Shown here: positions 5,845 to 6,816 of the stretch, piece after piece
Layout of the letters: every line of letters starts with the position of its first letter
Position numbering within the stretch: position 1 is the first letter of the stretch
Origin: a virus
Length of the DNA: 6,816 bases
Direction: 5' to 3' (one strand)
Virus genome (UHGV): UHGV-0373539
Program-made: the position numbers and the translations under genes
The notes under the pieces: model-generated
Told to the model about the DNA's origin: nothing
Seen by the model: only the letters and a program-made list of their open reading frames with translations
Database searches by the model: none

Positions 5845-6816
5845 ATGGCTGTTTATGTTGTTACCGGAAAATTAGGCGCAGGCAAGACGCTTGTAGCTGT
5901 ATCGCGTATACAAAGGACTTTAGCTAAAGGTGGTATTGTTGCCACCAATCTAAATTTAAAGCTTCATCATTTCCCGCAGGTAGGCAGATATGCAAAACAA
6001 TGTCGTGTTATGCGCATTGCAGACAAGCCCACTTTAGAGGATTTAGAGGCCATTGGTCGCGGCAATCTTTCTTATGATGAATCAAAAAACGGCCTTATTG
6101 TTTTAGATGAGTGTGGTACGTGGTTTAATTCCCGTAACTGGAGTGATAAAAGTCGCCAGCCTGTTATAGACTGGTTTTTACATGCCCGTAAATTAGGCTG
6201 GGATGTAATTTTTATTATTCAGGATATTTCCCTGATGGATAAGCAGGCACGCGAGGCTTTAGCCGAGCATGTTGTTTATTGCCGTCGATTAGATAAATTA
6301 AATATACCTATCATTGGTGGTTTAATATCGGTTCTTTCAGGTGGTAGATTGCCATTACCAAAAATTCACTTTGGTATTGTTAAATATGGTGATAATCCTC
6401 AGTCATTAACTGTAGATAAATGGATTTATACTGGTACAGATTTATATGCTGCTTACGATACTAAGCAGATATTTACCAGTGACCGTGAATTAAGCCCGCC
6501 ATTCTGCCCGCTTTCGCCTTATTACACTCATGGCATATTTGCCGTTAAAAGGGATGCTAAATATTATATGCGTATGACAAAAATCTATTTTAAGAAGATG
6601 AATCGTGTTTGGTTAATGGCTTCCTTTCTTGCTCTTGGTGCTGGCGTAGGGTTTTTTTATAAATCTCGCCAGATAAATGAGCAACTAGCAAATATGCCTG
6701 TAGCGTCTGCTCAGGCTAATACCACTAAAACAGATCACACCCTTGATGAATTGCCACGATTATCGATCAACTCATTTGCACAAATGGGTTATGATGTGAA
6801 TGTAAATTTCAAAGAT
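5845..6816 (+). CDS. I: Gene I assembly ATPase (pI), 5' portion; ORF runs off the window end and continues at 1-126
   Basis: ATG at 5845, 1 nt after the gene VI stop, with AAGG SD. N-terminus MAVYVVTGKLGAGKTLVAVSRIQ carries a Walker A motif (GKLGAGKT) and closely matches M13 pI (MAVYFVTGKLGSGKTLVSVGKIQ). Open to the last base of the window. Confidence 0.93.
   Translation, partial: MAVYVVTGKLGAGKTLVAVSRIQRTLAKGGIVATNLNLKLHHFPQVGRYAKQCRVMRIADKPTLEDLEAIGRGNLSYDESKNGLIVLDECGTWFNSRNWSDKSRQPVIDWFLHARKLGWDVIFIIQDISLMDKQAREALAEHVVYCRRLDKLNIPIIGGLISVLSGGRLPLPKIHFGIVKYGDNPQSLTVDKWIYTGTDLYAAYDTKQIFTSDRELSPPFCPLSPYYTHGIFAVKRDAKYYMRMTKIYFKKMNRVWLMASFLALGAGVGFFYKSRQINEQLANMPVASAQANTTKTDHTLDELPRLSINSFAQMGYDVNVNFKD
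6568..6816 (+). CDS. XI: Candidate gene XI (in-frame internal start within gene I), partial
   Basis: In-frame ATGs at 6568 and 6574 giving MRMTKIYFKKMNRVW.. align with the M13 pXI start (MKLTKIYLKK..) as recalled. AAGGG about 14 nt upstream. Followed by a hydrophobic membrane segment. Confidence 0.45.
   Translation, partial: MRMTKIYFKKMNRVWLMASFLALGAGVGFFYKSRQINEQLANMPVASAQANTTKTDHTLDELPRLSINSFAQMGYDVNVNFKD

Noticed and set aside
1-6816. CRISPR arrays, tRNA/rRNA genes, transposase or integrase genes, toxin-antitoxin pairs
   Set aside because: No spaced identical direct repeats, no cloverleaf-like or rRNA-like sequences, and every sizeable ORF is accounted for by the canonical inovirus genes.

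Overview
This window is essentially one complete, circularly permuted genome (about 6.8 kb) of an Ff/IKe-like filamentous phage (Inoviridae), so it is mostly a well-described system rather than a new one. All canonical genes lie on the + strand in the classical order: gene I 3' end (1-126), IV secretin, large intergenic region with replication origins, II (with nested X), a gene V-position ORF, VII, IX, VIII, a strong intrinsic terminator, III, VI, and I (with nested XI) running off the 3' end. Both window ends fall inside gene I in the same frame. The structural and assembly genes are clearly homologous to Ff, and pVIII and the pIII architecture look IKe-like; the 33-nt minus-origin hairpin is identical to f1 as I recall it. 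Three things are not explained by the classical Ff gene set: (1) a 65-aa basic ORF on the minus strand in the intergenic region, divergent from gene II; (2) a perfect 22-bp palindrome just upstream of the gene II ribosome-binding site; (3) a 103-aa ORF in the gene V slot with no similarity I can see to Ff gVp. All comparisons to M13/f1/Pf3/CopG are from memory, not from a search. No integrase, tRNA, rRNA or CRISPR array was seen.
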